Of a stretch of 64,000 bases of DNA, positions 11,768-26,507 are shown piece after piece; the first letter of the stretch is position 1; the number at the start of each line of letters is the position of its first letter. Below the pieces are notes generated by a model. It saw nothing but the letters and a program-made list of their open reading frames with translations. It had not been told where the DNA came from and did not search any database. A program made the position numbers and the translations under genes. The DNA comes from Octopus vulgaris (lineage: Eukaryota). The stretch spans positions 39,804,001 through 39,868,000 of the forward strand of contig OX597817.1 in NCBI GenBank assembly GCA_951406725.2. Direction: 5' to 3'.

Positions 11768-13085
11768 TAGGTGCAGGTATGGCTGTGTGGTTAAGAAGCT
11801 CACTTTGTAACCATGTGGTTACAGGTCCAGTCTCACATCACTGCATCTTGGGCAAGGGTATTCTTTTATACTACTGGGCTAACCATTGCCTTGTGAGTGA
11901 ATTTAGTTGATGCAAACTGTGTGGAAGCTCATCATATGTATATATATGTGAGTGTGTGTTATTATTATTATGGTTAAAGGTAGTGAGCTGGCAGAATCGT
12001 TAGCACGCTGGACAAAATGCTTAGCGGTATTTCGTCTGTCTTCACATTCTGAGTTCAAATACCACTGAGGTTGATTTACCTTCATCCTTTCGGGGTCAAT
12101 AAATAAGTATTGGTGAAACACTGGGGAAGAATGCTCATGTAATTGACTTACCTGAAATTTCCCTACCCCAAAATTTCAGACCTTGTGCTTATAGTAAAAA
12201 GGATTATCACTATTATTATTATTATTAAAGGCAGCAAGCTGGCAGAATCATTAGCATGCTGGGTGAAATGCATAGCAGTATTTTGTCTGCTGCTACATTC
12301 ACTTTTCATCCTTTCGGGGTTGATTAAATAAGTACCAGTTACACACTGGGGTGGATGTAATAAACTCCCCCTCCTTCTTGCAAATTTCAGGCCTAATGCC
12401 TATAATACAAAGGATTATTATTATTATTATTATTATAGTGGTTAGGGTGTTGTACTCACAATCGTGAGATCATGGTTTCAATTCTTAGACTGGGTAGTGC
12501 ATTGTGTTCTTGAACAAAACACATCATCTCACATTGCTCTGTGATTACTTTGACACCTAGCACCTGTTCAGGCAATGTTGATTTAATGGAGAGAGTGAGC
12601 TAATGTGCAGCATTTGATCACTATAAACAAATCATTTTTGCAGGCCGTTCGGCAACAGCTGAATGACCATACGTCATCTTCGATGGGAGAGTCCATCATT
12701 ATTTTAAATAAGAATATTATCGACAGTGACTTTGAAGTTTTGGTCAGGAAAGCCATTATCTGATGATGACCCCAGGACTTATTCTTTGTAAGCCTAGTGC
12801 TTATTCTATCGGCCTCTTTTGCCAAACCGCTAAGTTACGGAGACATAAACACACCAGCATCAGTTGTCAAGCGATATGGGGGCGGGGGGCAAACACAGAA
12901 ACACAAACATACACAGACACACACACATATGACAGGCTTCTTTCAGTTTCTGTCTTCCAAATCCACTCACATGGCTTTGGTCAACCCAAGGCTATAATAG
13001 AAGACACTTGCCCACGCAGTGGGACTAAACCTGGAACCATGTGGTTAGTAAGCAAGCTACTTACCACACAGCCACTCCTATGCCT
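11768..13085. mobile_element. SINE cluster: A(+) 5' part, B(+), B(+), C3(+), A(-)
   Basis: Consecutive recognisable heads and cores separated by (ATT)n tails. Confidence 0.8.
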
Positions 13086-13775
13086 AACTCTAAATACTGT
13101 TATTAGAATTAAGTGTTTTTATCAGGGATAAAATATGTTTCATTATAGGTAAAATGGTATCCCTTAGATGCTCACCTAGTATCCTCCACTACTTTCTATA
13201 TACATGTCTTTTCCTGGTTCTGTATTACAAGTCTTTTTCCTGATTCTGGAATCACCTTTGAAGTCATTGCACCAATTATGTATCTTGTTTCCTTTTGGCA
13301 TATGTTTTACCATGCTGGCATGCGTTTGATGCATATATTATTGAGGTATTATTTTTCAGCCAGGTATGATTGTTGTTGTTGACCCTTATTTTTCAAGTAA
13401 GGAATTTCTTATTTTCAGTTCCAAGACACCATCTTCCCTCCTTCTCACCAATCTCAGTGGCCCTTTAAAGGGTCATGGGCATTGCCTTCATTCCTGACTA
13501 AAAGATAAAAAATTTAATGTAGTTAGCATTAGGAAGGACATCCAGCTGTAGAAACCATGCCAAAACAGACAGCAGAGCTTGGTACAGTCCTCTGACTTGC
13601 CTGTTCTTGACAGACTGTACAACCCATGCCAGCATGGAAAACAGATGTTAAATGATGATGATGATTTAATTTTTTTTATGTTTTGGTATTACAATATTAA
13701 GTATTAAGAAAAGTATTATCACTTTCTCTCTGACTTTTCAGCTTACATTTAATTAATTATTCCTTTCTTTTAAAG

Positions 13776-14102
13776 TATCTTCTACAAGAACGCGAAGATG
13801 GTTTGCAAAAACTGAATGCCTTACTTGAAGCTGGAGAGAAACTGATTCCCAATACTGGAACAGAAGGACGGGAAGTGATACGTCAGCAAAACCAAAGCAG
13901 GAAACAAAAATGGGAGACCCTTTTTGAGGATCTCTCTGGATGCCAACGTAAACTAGAACTAGCTCTCTTGCAATGGGTTTCTTTTGAAGACCACAATTCC
14001 CAGATTGATCAATGGCTAAAGAATGTTGAGTCACAGATTGAAGGGAATATACCATTGATGTCTACCTTGGAAGAGAAAAAACTCCAACTCCAAACTTACA
14101 AA
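13776..14102 (+). CDS. Nesprin-1-like exon 3, 327 nt, phase 0/0
   Basis: tttcttttaaAG|YLLQEREDGLQKLNALLEAGEKLIPNTGTEGREVIRQ...QWVSFEDHNSQIDQWLKNVE...TLEEKKLQLQTYK|GTaatt. Confidence 0.93.
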
Positions 14103-15510
14103 GTAATTTCCTTTTATTTATCTATAATTTGTTAAATTTTCATTGCAGAAATGTATTTTGTTTTTCATATCATAGTTTTATTGCTGAGAACTATTAATTA
14201 GAATGAATTAATATATATTTTAGTTTCCCAAAAATATATTTTGATTCAACAGAATGAGATTCCTGCTTTTGGAAAATAATTGTTTTATAACCAAATGTGA
14301 AGATCACATCACCTGGGACTTCAAGTTTTGTCTGGTTGATAAGCCAATAGTCAAAACTGGAAGTCAAAAATCGACTTGATCTTCACACTAAATTTGATTC
14401 TATTCTCAATACAGTCACACCATCAATACATGCTCATTTGTTTTTCTTAAAAGTGCTTTAAAATAATAACATTATTTCAACATTTACATGTCTATAATCA
14501 ATAAATTATGGACTTGATTAGATAAACACCCTCTTGGGGCAACATGGGGTTGGGATTGGGGCCTGAGAAAACATTCCTGAGCCTAACTTCTGAATCCCTA
14601 ACTATATGTTTGTTGCAACATTTGTTATATTCCAATTCCAAATCATATTTTAACAAATTACAATCTTTGATCTTTCTCTCTTTGTTTTATATCCATCATT
14701 TAATCAAATAGTCTTTACAAATACTCTAATAATATTATAAAGCCTATAACTCATTACTAAAAAGGCTGAATTGTTTAACTTATTTTCCAGATAACCTATT
14801 TTAAATAGTTAATTGGATGTTTTGTAATTAATTCCAAAAAGTTCTTTTTTTGTTATTTGTATTTTATTTATCTATTTATTTTTTCCACTTGTTACCATAG
14901 AAACGAGTTGGTTTGTCCATCCTTATGTAATTTCAATTTTTAAACATCAATAGACTGAAAGATAAAAGCTAGGACTAATTTATTCTTTCCACTGAAGCTT
15001 CACAGAATCAAATAGTAGGGAAGTGCATGTCAGCATATTAAATGCATGATAAATTAAAAATCTGAAGCAATATAAAATATTAGATGAGATAACATAAATA
15101 TTAATTGATGACTAATTGATGTTTTTTCTTTCTTTCCCTCTTTTTTTTTGTTTTGGTATTTTTCCTTTTGGTGGGGAGGGAAAAAGAAATAGGAAGGAAC
15201 ACAGGACTTACATTTCACCTCATCAACAAAGTATAGCTTTCATTGTAAATTGTAAAAGTTGTAGCAAATGAATCATTAACCCTTTTTGATACTAGTTCTC
15301 CTGAGACAGTTTCCAGTTCTGTATTGCAAACCCTTTTGTTTACATCTTCTCATATTTTAATGAAAAACTATCATAATTTTATATGAAAATATTGTTTAAT
15401 AGTTTAGTGCTTTGGTGAAGTTATGCCATCAATCTAAACACATGAACTGGCTGTATTTTACTTCAGTTTTACTTTTGATAAATTACCTAATTAGTAAATT
15501 TATTTAATTA

Positions 15511-15790
15511 AGCTGGAAAGACAAGGTAACAAATGCTGCAGTAGTAGAAAAGCTGAAAATCCAAAGAGACCTTTTATTGAGAATCAAGTCCATAAAGCTA
15601 TCATATTTTGGACTTCTGGTGTACTACGAGTCATAGCTCATGACCATCTTGGCAGGTAAAGCAGAGGGGAAGAGAGAAAGAGATTATCAAAGACATTTGT
15701 GGACAGAAAACATCAAAGAATGGTCTAGAAACAATAGCCTGGCTGACTGTATGCATGCAGCACGACACAGAGGGAACTAGGGTATCTTAG
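15511..15790 (+). pseudogene. RTE-clade LINE reverse-transcriptase C-terminal relic
   Basis: SWKDKVTNAAVVEKLKIQRDLLLRIKS..KLSYFG...TILAGKAEG..WTENIKEW with stops and frameshifts, typical of the RTE ORF end. Confidence 0.75.
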
Positions 15791-16099
15791 GAAATTGACC
15801 CCCAAGGTGAAATTAATTAGATAATTTGTAAATTAATTAAAATTTAATTGATAATAAAAATTAAATTAATTAATTAATTGACCATTTATCTAATTAGTTG
15901 ATAATAAGACAACATGAGATACAATCAACACATGTGTTTTAATTGGCTGAAAGAAAAACAATATGTGTTTTAAGATACAATTTCACTTCAAGGATCTTGC
16001 ATAACAAATTCAAAATTGAAATATTTTTGTTAAGTTATATTCAAAGCATCAGCTTTGATGATGAAGGAGTTATTTTATTAAGTCTTTCTATATTCTTAA

Positions 16100-16395
16100 A
16101 GGACACGTGGCCTAGTGGTTAAGATGTAGCACTCACAATTGCAATATCATGGTTTCAATTCCTAGACTGGGTGGTGCATTGTGTTGTAGAGCAAAACACT
16201 TCATCTCACATTGCTACGAGATTGCTTCAACACCTGTTGCTTGGTAGACTGTGCACCTGTTCAGGCAATGCTGACATGATGGGGCATGTGCTAATGTACA
16301 ACACATACATTTGATCACTGTAAATAAATCATTTGTGCAGGTCATTTAGCAAAAGCTGAATGCGCATACATCATTTTCTATGAGAGAGTCCATCA
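16100..16395 (+). mobile_element. SINE family C3
   Basis: GGACACGTGGCCTAGTGGTTAAG head, body ...GCACCTGTTCAGGCAA...GAGAGTCCATCAT; also at 12436-12700 (+) and 51410-51710 (-). Confidence 0.8.
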
Positions 16396-17064
16396 TATTC
16401 TTAATCATATTAAAGATTTATTGAAACAGATAGACAATGTAAAATTAAGATGATGATAAAGTTAGATATTACAGGAGTTCGAAAAGTTGGCATAGCAGAG
16501 CAGTTATAATATAAAGGTATTTTGATTTATTGCAACTAGCCAATTAAAAATGGTTTTGATTTAGGCACTAGACCAGTAATTTTTAAGGGAGTGGGTTAGT
16601 TGATACCATCAACTCCAGTACCCAACTGACACTTTATCTTATTGATTCTGGTGGGATGAAAGGCAGTTGTCTCTAGCAGGATTTGAACTCAGAATGCAAA
16701 GAGCTCAAATAAATGCTGCAAAACATATTTTCTGGTGATCTAACAATTCTGCCAGCTTGTCACTCTTACTATTTGATAATGAAAACATTATTATTTCACA
16801 GAAATTTCAAGCACCCTAAAAGCATTTCATTAAATGGGTCAAATAGAGGGCCTCTATGAAATCACTAGACCAGCTAGAAATAGCTGCCAAATCTGACTCA
16901 TATTACTTCCTACCATCTTAAAAAGCAAAAAAGTACGATGCATTGAGTAATGTATCCTGAGATACATTGAGTCTGATAAAAAGAAATTAAGAAGGTGAAG
17001 GTTGGTATACTTTTGATTGTAGATCAGCTTGAATAGAATTGATGTGAGTTTAAGCAATAATAAC

Positions 17065-17270
17065 AATCCTTTCTACTATAGGCACAAGGCTTAAAATTTT
17101 GGGGAGGGGCTAGTTGATTATATGTACCCCAATGCTTGACTGATATTTAATTTATTGACCCTGAAGGGATAAAAGGCAAAGTCAACCTTAGTAGAATTTG
17201 AACTCAGAACATAAGACAGATGAAATGCCACTAAGCATTTTGTCCAGCATGCTAATGATTCTGCCATTTT
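17065..17270 (-). mobile_element. SINE family B
   Basis: Reverse complement of B consensus (AATCCTTTCTACTATAGGCACAAGG ... GATTCTGCCA). Confidence 0.8.
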
Positions 17271-19254
17271 CTTATACCTCTTTGCCATATAACTAATTCC
17301 ATGCACCCGTTATTAACTTGGGACTTATATTCTGCGAGCTTATAGATTGCAAGTCTAAGTATTATTAAACATTTTTAGTTTCTATCAATTTGATTTATTA
17401 ATAAAAAGCAAATTTTCATCTTGTTCTTGAAGTACTTTCTTCATTGCTTTAGAACTTATACTTTAAATTTTGTTTGTATTCAAAACCTAGAGATTGTACA
17501 AAATCAGCAAAATAACTCTGTATTAGAAGTCTCTTGATAATTACCTCAGCATACAGTCTAAAGAGTTTTCCATTATAAATTGAAAAATAGTAGGACTTTG
17601 TAGCTAGAAATATTGAACACAATAATATTACTAAGTGGATATTTAACTTTATTCCTCGCCACCTTACGAATTAAGAAATGGTAGCTTTTTATTTTTAAGT
17701 ACAAAAAAAATTAGCAAAAAGCTAACTTTGGCAAATTTGTTTTAAAGATATTATGTTGAGTAAAGTGACACAGTGCATAAACAGTAGTTACTTTTTGAAC
17801 CTCAGAGAAACAAAAAACAGAAATGATGTAGGTTCGATTTGATATCAGGATGTAGGAGGACAAAACTATACACTATAATGTTCTGTCATCCATCCCATCT
17901 TCATTACCTTCAAATAATAAAACTTTAACTCCTTAAATGAATGTCCTATGATTAAAAGCAACACACTGTTTAGTATAACAACAATATGTTTGTATATTTT
18001 ACTTACTCTAAGTAGAAAATATGTTGCTCCAGTCAACTCAGCTGGCAAAAATTAGTAATCTTGCGACAGACTGGCGTCCCGTCTAGGTGGGGAATTTCTA
18101 CACCACTGAAACCAGGAAACCGGCCTTTATGAGCCTGGCATGGCTCGAGAAGGAACATTTATTTTCAAGTAGCAAATGCCATAGAACTTTTTGCTTAGTT
18201 AACTATAAATGATTTCCAAAATGGAAGAGAGTTCTCTTCTCTTTCATGTTAGTATTGGTTGATCAGAAATGGGGTTGGGGATGATTGTCTGTCATGCTCC
18301 TTCTATTGCTAGGAGCATGTGGTCTGTCATTCTATCAGATGTGTGTGAATATGTACACACACACAAATTACACACAAGTAGTGTGGATTTCAACGATTGT
18401 AGCAATTTACTCAATAATATTCCAGTATGAATTTGGCTAGGGCCCTCAGTTGGAATACTGGTGATACTCTCACTCTAACAATTAGCCAATAGAGCAAGGA
18501 GCACAATATTAACTAATTAAACTATATTATGTACTCCACAAATCTGATGTATGGTGCAACATTTGTTTATATGTTACTTGGTGTGAATAGAAGAAAGAAA
18601 TAGTTTAGTTTTCATTCAAATTGTGCTACGAAAACTATATTCTATTGATATTTCTATCTTGAATGTGAAATTGTAATTCTCTTTTGGATGTTGGCTGATG
18701 AGGAATAAGCTACAAATTTATTTTCTGTTTGTTATGTTTTTGTAATATTTCCGTTTGTTGTGCTTTTGTGAAACTTTTGAAATATATATACATGTATATA
18801 ATAAAGAGAGATGTACATACTTATATATATAGAGATATAGTTTACTGTTCTATTAAAGTAAGATCAACAAAAAAAAGTACTCCATCCAATGAGAGAGAAA
18901 TATTATTTAATGTACACTATATTAAGGTAAGAGTTAATTATAGTTTCTTGCTATGAAGACATGTGGCTAGGCAGGTTTTTATATCGTGCCTTCTGTCTCC
19001 AAAAGATCTTCATGCTCTGAACACACAATCCATTCTATTTGAAAATCAGGATGCATCAATTCTCATGTACCAGCATCCTGATTTTCAAACAGAACAGATC
19101 ATGAGTTCAGAGCCCGGAGATTGCTTGGAGACACAAGGTATGTTATTAAAACCTGCCTAGCCCCTTGTCTTCTTAGCAAGAAATTATTTGTAGTACTTAG
19201 CTTAAGATAGTGTACATTAAATGATACACACACACACACACACACACACACAAA

Positions 19255-19552
19255 CCGTGGAACCTCAGTTTATGAAGTTAATTCATTCTTGAAGGCTTTT
19301 TGTCATCTGAAAACTTTCTGCACCAGAACTATTTTTCGTATTGGAAATTCAGAAGGTACAGTGAATTCAAGCAGGAATGTGCGCTGAGCAAAAGCCAGAC
19401 AGTAACTGATGCTCTCTCAGTGATATTCCCAGCTTGTTGCAGCTTTCATGTTTGTTATTCAAGATACCATTCATTACTCAAGATATGTTAAAAAATTGTT
19501 CATAAACCAATTTGTTCATGACTGGAGGCATTCATAAACCGAGGCCCTACTG
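19255..19552. mobile_element. pogo/Tigger-like MITE
   Basis: TIR CCGTGGAACCTCAGTTTATGAA / TTCATAAACCGAGGCCCTACTG, embedded in CA/TG microsatellite. Confidence 0.7.
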
Positions 19553-19946
19553 TGTGTGTGTATGTGTGCATACACACACACAGTATATGTATACGGTGTA
19601 TATACATATATATATATATGTTTGAAATTTACTGTTCTGTCATCCTATGCTAACAAATCATTTCTGTGAAATTGTTAAATAATTATGACATAGGCTGCAA
19701 TAGAATGGCTGTTCTGATGGAGAACACACCAGATGAGAAGGCTAAGCATAATAGTTAACTATTAACTTTAATGTTATATTCGTCTAGAACTTCTACATCT
19801 CACCTAGTTTTCTTGTTTTTCAGTTTGGAAATTGGAATCTATCAGCTAGATTTACAAAAGGATATTAAAATAAAATAAAATGATTTAATCCTTTAGAGGA
19901 AATTAAAAAGAGTAAATTATTTTCTAAAATGGTATTTTCTTTGCAG

Positions 19947-20099
19947 GTGTTACAACATGATGTGCAGTCCTACCAAACTGTGATTGATCGCATTAATCAA
20001 AAGCTACAAGAACTGGTGAAAAATGAGGACCAATCAGATCTCAGTAAATTCTCCAACCAAGGGAAAACACGATATAAGAAAATCAATGAGAAGCTCAAG
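19947..20099 (+). CDS. Nesprin-1-like exon 4, 153 nt, phase 0/0
   Basis: ttctttgcAG|VLQHDVQSYQTVIDRINQKLQELVKNEDQSDLSKFSNQGKTRYKKINEKLK|GTaaat. Confidence 0.92.
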
Positions 20100-20934
20100 G
20101 TAAATCTCCTGATACACCATTAATATTACTATTTTTAATAACGATTAAAGAAGAATGGAGCAAAAATGATGATAATGTTCTTAATATTTATGCAACATGA
20201 GACAAGATTAATTTGTAACAACAAGTCAATAAGCATTATATGTAAATATTTAGGTGTGTGTGTGTCTTTGTGTCTGTGTTTGTCCTCTATCACTACTTGA
20301 CAACCTGTGTTGGTGAGTTTATGATCCCTGTAACTTAGCAGTTTGGCAAAAGAAACCGACAGAATGAGTCCTTAAAAAATAAGTCCTGGGGTCAATTTGT
20401 TCGACTAAAACCCTTCAAAGCAGTGCTTCAGCATGGCCAGAGTTAAATAACTGAAGCAAATAAAAGAATCGAAGAAAATATTTATGATGAATTTCCACAC
20501 AGTTTCTGTCTACCAAATTCACTCACAAGGCAATTAGTCAGCCCAAAGTTATAGTAGAAAACATTTGCCCAAGGTGCTGCGCAATGGGATCGAACCTAAA
20601 ACAATGTTATAGAGGAGCAAGATTCTCAACCATACAGCATGCCTTACTGAAACAAAAACAAGAAAAAATCTTGCCTAGGCTTGTGCATACATGTGTTGAA
20701 GCACGGTCAATTTGATGGACTGAAGCCCTGTATGTATAACATTCAATCTCTTATTAAGAAACATCATACTTCCATGTTGTCATCTAATAAAATATATTAC
20801 TGACATTTGTGAAATACCATATAAACGCTATCTCCCTTTACTACAAAACTGAACTTTATTTCTTCCTGCTATCCACATAATTGCTGGAGACCTTATTAGA
20901 TTTTTTTTTGTTTGCTCAGAGGTATATATATGTA

Positions 20935-20972
<38 letters not shown>

Positions 20973-21663
20973 TACTTAAAATGTTCTTATATGACTCATA
21001 CCAATTGAGGTATATTGTTTCAGTGTAAAGCAATTTTTACTAAGCTATCAACTGTTATTCTCTTAGAAGTCTTGTCACCAATAAAAGTTAGATTGGTTAA
21101 TGAGATGGCATATTTTTTTATAGAGGAAGTGTGTGAGTCATTTTTGCAAAAGAATAAAAAATATATACTGTTTTTACTGGCAAAAATTTGGGTTTCACTG
21201 CACAGGTTTATTGCAAACCAAAGAGTGAACAATAAAAATGCTGCTATGTTGTTGTTGTTGTTGATGGTGGTAGTGTTGATGATGGTGGTGATGATGATAA
21301 GGATGTAGAATTAAATCAAAAATGGATGCAAGATAGCTGTGTGGTTAGGAAGTTTGCTTCTCAACCGTATGGTTTAGTGTTCAGTTCCACTGCACAGCAC
21401 CTTGGGCAAATATCTTATACTATAATTCCAAGCAGAACCATTAGCATGCATAGAGGTATTTCGCCTGTCGTTACATTCTGTGTTCAAATTCCGCTGAGGT
21501 CGACTTTGCCATTCATCCTTTCAAGGTCAATAAATTAAGTACTAGTTGAGTACTGGGATCGATATAATCGACTAGCCCCTCCCCCAAATTTCAGGCCTTG
21601 TGCTTATAACAGAAAGTATTATGAGTGGATTTGGTTGATGGAAACTAAAAATTACCTGTAATG

Positions 21664-21725
<62 letters not shown>

Positions 21726-22123
21726 GTATGTATGTGTATCTGTGTGTAAATTTGTTTGTGTACTCTTGTCCTGACATCATGTGATGCTTGTAAATAAGCA
21801 TCATCACCATACAAGTGATGTCCATTTCCAGTTTTCCATGGGGAAATATTACCTTGCTTGGAAATAGGTGAAGGTTGGCAACAGGATGGGCATCAGTGTG
21901 TAGAATATTTTCTCCAAAAATTTCTGTCTGATCCATGCAAAGCATGAAAAGGTGGACTTTAAATCATAACAATGAAATAAAATAAGTAACTGAACAATAT
22001 CAAATAACTTCAAGAAATTTGCAACTATAATTTCCCATGTTTGATAGCATGTTCCCCAAAACTTAAATGGAGATTGATTAGAAATAATTATGTGTGTGTG
22101 TGTGTGTGTGTATTTATATCGTA

Positions 22124-22472
22124 TAGGCGTAGGAGTGGCTGTGTGGTAAGTAGCTTGCTTACCAACCACATGGCTCTAGGTTCAGTCCCACTGCGTGGCA
22201 CCTTGGGCAAGTGTCTTCTACTATAGCCTCGAGCCGACAAAAGCCTTGTGAGTGGATTTGGTAGGCGGAAACTGAATGAAGCCCGTCATATATATGTATA
22301 TATATACATATATGTGTGTGTGTATGTTAGTGTGTCTGTGTTTGTCCCCCCCCCCAAACATAGTTTGACAACCGATGCTGGTGTGTTTACGTACCCATAA
22401 CTTAGCAGTTCGGCAAAAGAGATCGATAAAATAAGTACTAGGCTTACAAAGAATAAGTCCTGGGGTCGATTT
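22124..22472 (+). mobile_element. SINE family A, young 3'-truncated copy
   Basis: GGCGTAGGAGTGGCTGTGTGGTAAG head with many CpGs retained. Confidence 0.88.
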
Positions 22473-22982
22473 TGAAAATTCTATATTGGTATAACATTGA
22501 TTCTGATTAATAGCTTCAAAGCAAAATGCATGCTATTAAAGCTCAGTGCAGACTATGTAAAGCAGCTGTGATAGCCTCACAAAGGTTTCAAAAATTATAA
22601 TGAATGTCAATGACATTGAATATATGCTGCACAATACAAAAGTTGTCAAAGAAAAAGAAATTTCGTATCGATAATCAAATCTACCTGCAGTTCTATGACA
22701 TACATTTATTCATATATTTGTGGTACATATGATAAACAAGATTATTATCTGTGGCTTCATTTAGTTGGACTGCCTGGAGAGTATACTCATCAGCAGGTTG
22801 AGAAGGAAGAAATTACCAGCAGTGGTTTCATTCATGTACAACATGCTTTCAGATATTTTTGACATCAGTTTCTTTTCATGATTCACCCGGGGAATCTGTT
22901 TTGAAGTTCATGAGACAGAATTTGGGTTTATGTCAGTAGGTCAACATAAGATTATTGTTATGTAAGCACACATTATGTTTTG

Positions 22983-23381
22983 TCTTTTACTTGTTTGAGT
23001 CATTTGACTGTGGGCATGCTGGGGCACCGCCTTGAAGAACTTTCAGTTGAATGACTCGACATCAGTACCTTTGTGTTTTCTTAAAGCCTGGCACTTATTC
23101 AATTGGTCTCTTTTGCCAAACTACTGAGTAACAGGGATGTAAACAAACTAACACTTGTTGTCAAGTGATGCTTGGGGACAAACAACGACACAAAGATATA
23201 CACACATATATAAATATACAACAGGCTTCTTTCAGTTGCCATCTACCAAATCCACTCACAAGGCTTTGGTCAGTCTGAGGCTATAGTAAAAGACCCTTGC
23301 TTAATGTGCTTATTCGTGGGGCTGAACCTGGAACTATGTAGTTGGAAAGCAAAGTTCTTACCATACAGCCATGCCTGCACC
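22983..23381 (-). mobile_element. SINE family A, full length
   Basis: Inverted relative to the copy ~500 bp upstream. Confidence 0.85.
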
Positions 23382-25119
23382 TTTGTTTTAGGATATAAGC
23401 AGGCTGGTGAATAATATAAAATATCTCTGTTAGACAGAAGCTACACTATTTCAATACATTACTAAATACTTGCACTTTACCTTAATTATTTTTCAAGTAA
23501 TGCTGGTAATCTTTCTCCTTTAATCCCTTGATATATATATTTAGAAGTTTGGGGTACCTTTCAAGTGTCAGCAATGAAATTATGTTGTTGACAGTAACTT
23601 TGAATGAGTGCACACTGAATCATATAAAGCTTGTTTAATTATTATTAGTAGAGCATTATCATGGTATATATTCTTTTCTAGGCCTTTTCAAGAGGAAAGT
23701 TCTACATTTTGGCAGATTGCATGCTGACTCCTTTGCTTTTGGTTCCTTTGTAATATTTTTGTATTGTAACTCTTAATGATACTTTATATGTTATGTATGC
23801 TGCTATAGCTCATTTTTATATTGTTCTTGTTAAATAGCTGGTAAAATTTGTGGCTGAGAAATAAATATTTCATAATTAGAGAAAAAATTGCCTTGTTATA
23901 CAGAATTTTACATGAATATTAAGAGGTTGTTTATACTATACAACATTTCTCTTCTTAGCTTTCATAAGATGGTTGTTAATTTTGTTGTTCATGAGTACTT
24001 AATTTTTCATGATATTTGTTGCATATTAGTCTCTCATTGTAGTATTCTGTGAGAATGATACTCTTATTCTTTTGTTAATGCCTGCAAATATATGTACATG
24101 TATGTTTTAAACACTTATCATCACTTTACCCTGATACAAGTGTGTGTGTGTGCATACAGATAAATACATTTACACACACATAAGCATATGTGTATGTATA
24201 TTCATTGTTTTTATTCTTTTACTGGTTTAGTCTTTATACTGTGGCCATGCTGGAGCACTACCTTCAATGACCTTAAAGAAAATTTATATTGACACCTAAC
24301 ACTTATTTCAATCTGGGGCTTATTTTCTTTTTTTGCTATCTATTAGTCAAACTGCTAAGTTATATGACATAAGCAACAACACCAGACTCGTTCAGCTCGA
24401 AGTTTATTTACACTTAATAACTGTGAGATTATAATATCTCTGTGGACAAAAGATGAGTAATAATATCTCTCTGATAAAGATCTAACAAGGCTAGATGCTA
24501 ACCAAAGCAATCTTTATTTTTTCTTTGTACTATGGAGAGAAAAGGAGCTTTTGATGCATTTGCCATTTATCTTTTGGAGTGAAGCTACATTTTATGTTCA
24601 TTGTAATAGTGTATCTTGGTTACGTTATATGTTCATTATAAAAGAGTATCTTGCATTATTTCAAATTCCCTAAACAATGTTGTGTAGTGCACTATAAATG
24701 AATTAATCCAGTTAGTCAGTGTTAGGCAGATTAGACAAATCAGCTAAGTTGTTTTTGAGTTTACTTATAAGGAAAAGATAGATATGAACTTATAATTTTC
24801 TCTCTGCTTACATAAGATAGTTAATTTTTCTCTGATGAAGATCTAGCAAAATGGGAATCTAATTAGATTGATCTCTTTTTCTATTCTCAGAAAGATTAAA
24901 AAAAGAAAATATCTGATATAACAGTAGTTAATTCTACAGTGAAGCTAATTTGTATATTTATTAAAAAAGTGAAAATATTTCAGATTATTCTGAAAAATTC
25001 TCAATATAATGCATTCTTAATTAATATGCATGTTTGTAAACATGCACACATTGCATACATGTGTATACACACACACACACACACACACTCCCACTCATAC
25101 AAAAATGAAACTAAACTGT

Positions 25120-25440
25120 CACTTTGTCGGTTATGACAACAAGAGTTCCAGTTGATATGATCAATGGAACAGCCTGCTCATAAAATTAATGAGCAATTGG
25201 CTGAGTACTCCACAAATGTGTGCACCCTTAATGTAGATCTCAGGGAGATTCAGCATGGCATGGAATGTGATAAGGCTGGGCCATTCAATTACAGGTACAA
25301 CTCACTTTTGTCAGCTGAGTGGACTGGAGCAATGTGAAATAAAGTGTCTTGCTCAAGGACACAGTGCAGCACTGTGAATTGAACTCATGACCATATGACT
25401 GTGAGCCAAATATCCTAACCACTAACCCCCACACCTTCAC
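25120..25440 (-). mobile_element. SINE family C1
   Basis: Reverse complement of the 8932-9242 element. Confidence 0.8.
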
Positions 25441-26204
25441 CCCCACCCCCCACACACACGCTTGTGTACATGTGTATGCGCCTGAGGCATAGGTTTGGGT
25501 GAGAGAGCATCACCATCATTATGATCATCATCATCATTCAATGTCTGCTGTCTTCACTGGCATGGGTTAGACAATTTGACTGGAAATGGTAAGCCAAAGA
25601 GCTACATGAGGTTCCAGTCTGATTTGGCATGGTTTCTACAGCTTGATGCCCTTCCTAATGCCAACCACTTCGAGATGGTAATGGCTGCTTTTTATGTGTC
25701 ACTGGCATGAGTGCCATTTGCATGACCCCAGTAACAGCAATGCCTATGATTTCACAAATGCCATTTACATGACATTGGTAATGGTCATGACTATGGTTTC
25801 ACTTGGTTTGACGAGTTTTCTCAAGCACAGCATATCACCATTGTCTCAGTTACTTGTCATTGCCTTCGTGAGGCCCAACATTTGAAGATCGTGCTTCACT
25901 ATCTCATCCCTTGCCTCCGTGAGGCTCAGCATTTGAGGATCATGTTACCGGCAAGAGCCATGATTACAATTTCATGGGTGCTAGAGAAGCTCATTTCCCA
26001 ATCATATGGTTTCAGGTTTAATCCCACTGTGTGAGGGGATAAAAAGTGTCTTATACTAATGCTCTGGAGTGACCAAAACCTTTTCAGTGAATTTGGTAGA
26101 TGGAAACTGGAAAAAAGAAATCCACTGCATGTGTGTGTGTGTGTGTGTGTTTACAATTGAACTTGTGCTCAAACTGCAAGCTACAAGTGATGATTGTGTT
26201 GCCA

Positions 26205-26428
26205 TTTCTTATTTCTTTACTACCCATAAGGGATAAACAAGGACAGACAAACAGATTAAGTTGATTATATTGACTCCAGTGCATAACTGGTACTTAATTT
26301 ATCGACCCTAAAAGGATGAAAGGCAAAGTCGACCTCGGCAGAATTTGAACTCAGAACATAGCGGCAGACGAAATACCACAAAGCATTTCACCCAGCGTGC
26401 TAATGTTTCTGCCAGCTTGCCACCTTAC
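26205..26428 (-). mobile_element. SINE family B
   Basis: Reverse complement of the 10776-11009 subtype (same ...GTCTGTCCTTGTTT... tail). Confidence 0.85.
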
Positions 26429-26507
26429 TGTGTTGTCATTTCTATTGCCAACAAATTGTCCATTAGTTTTGCATTTTCAAGCACATGTGCAATAAGAGAT
26501 TTCTTAA

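Noticed and set aside
18690-18730. CTGATGAG followed by a weak stem (hammerhead?)
   Set aside because: No GAAA, cleavage triplet or stem I partner downstream.
24405-24900. Loose direct similarity around TCTCTGATAAAGATCTA / TCTCTGATGAAGATCTA
   Set aside because: Too degenerate to define boundaries; no complete hammerhead core.
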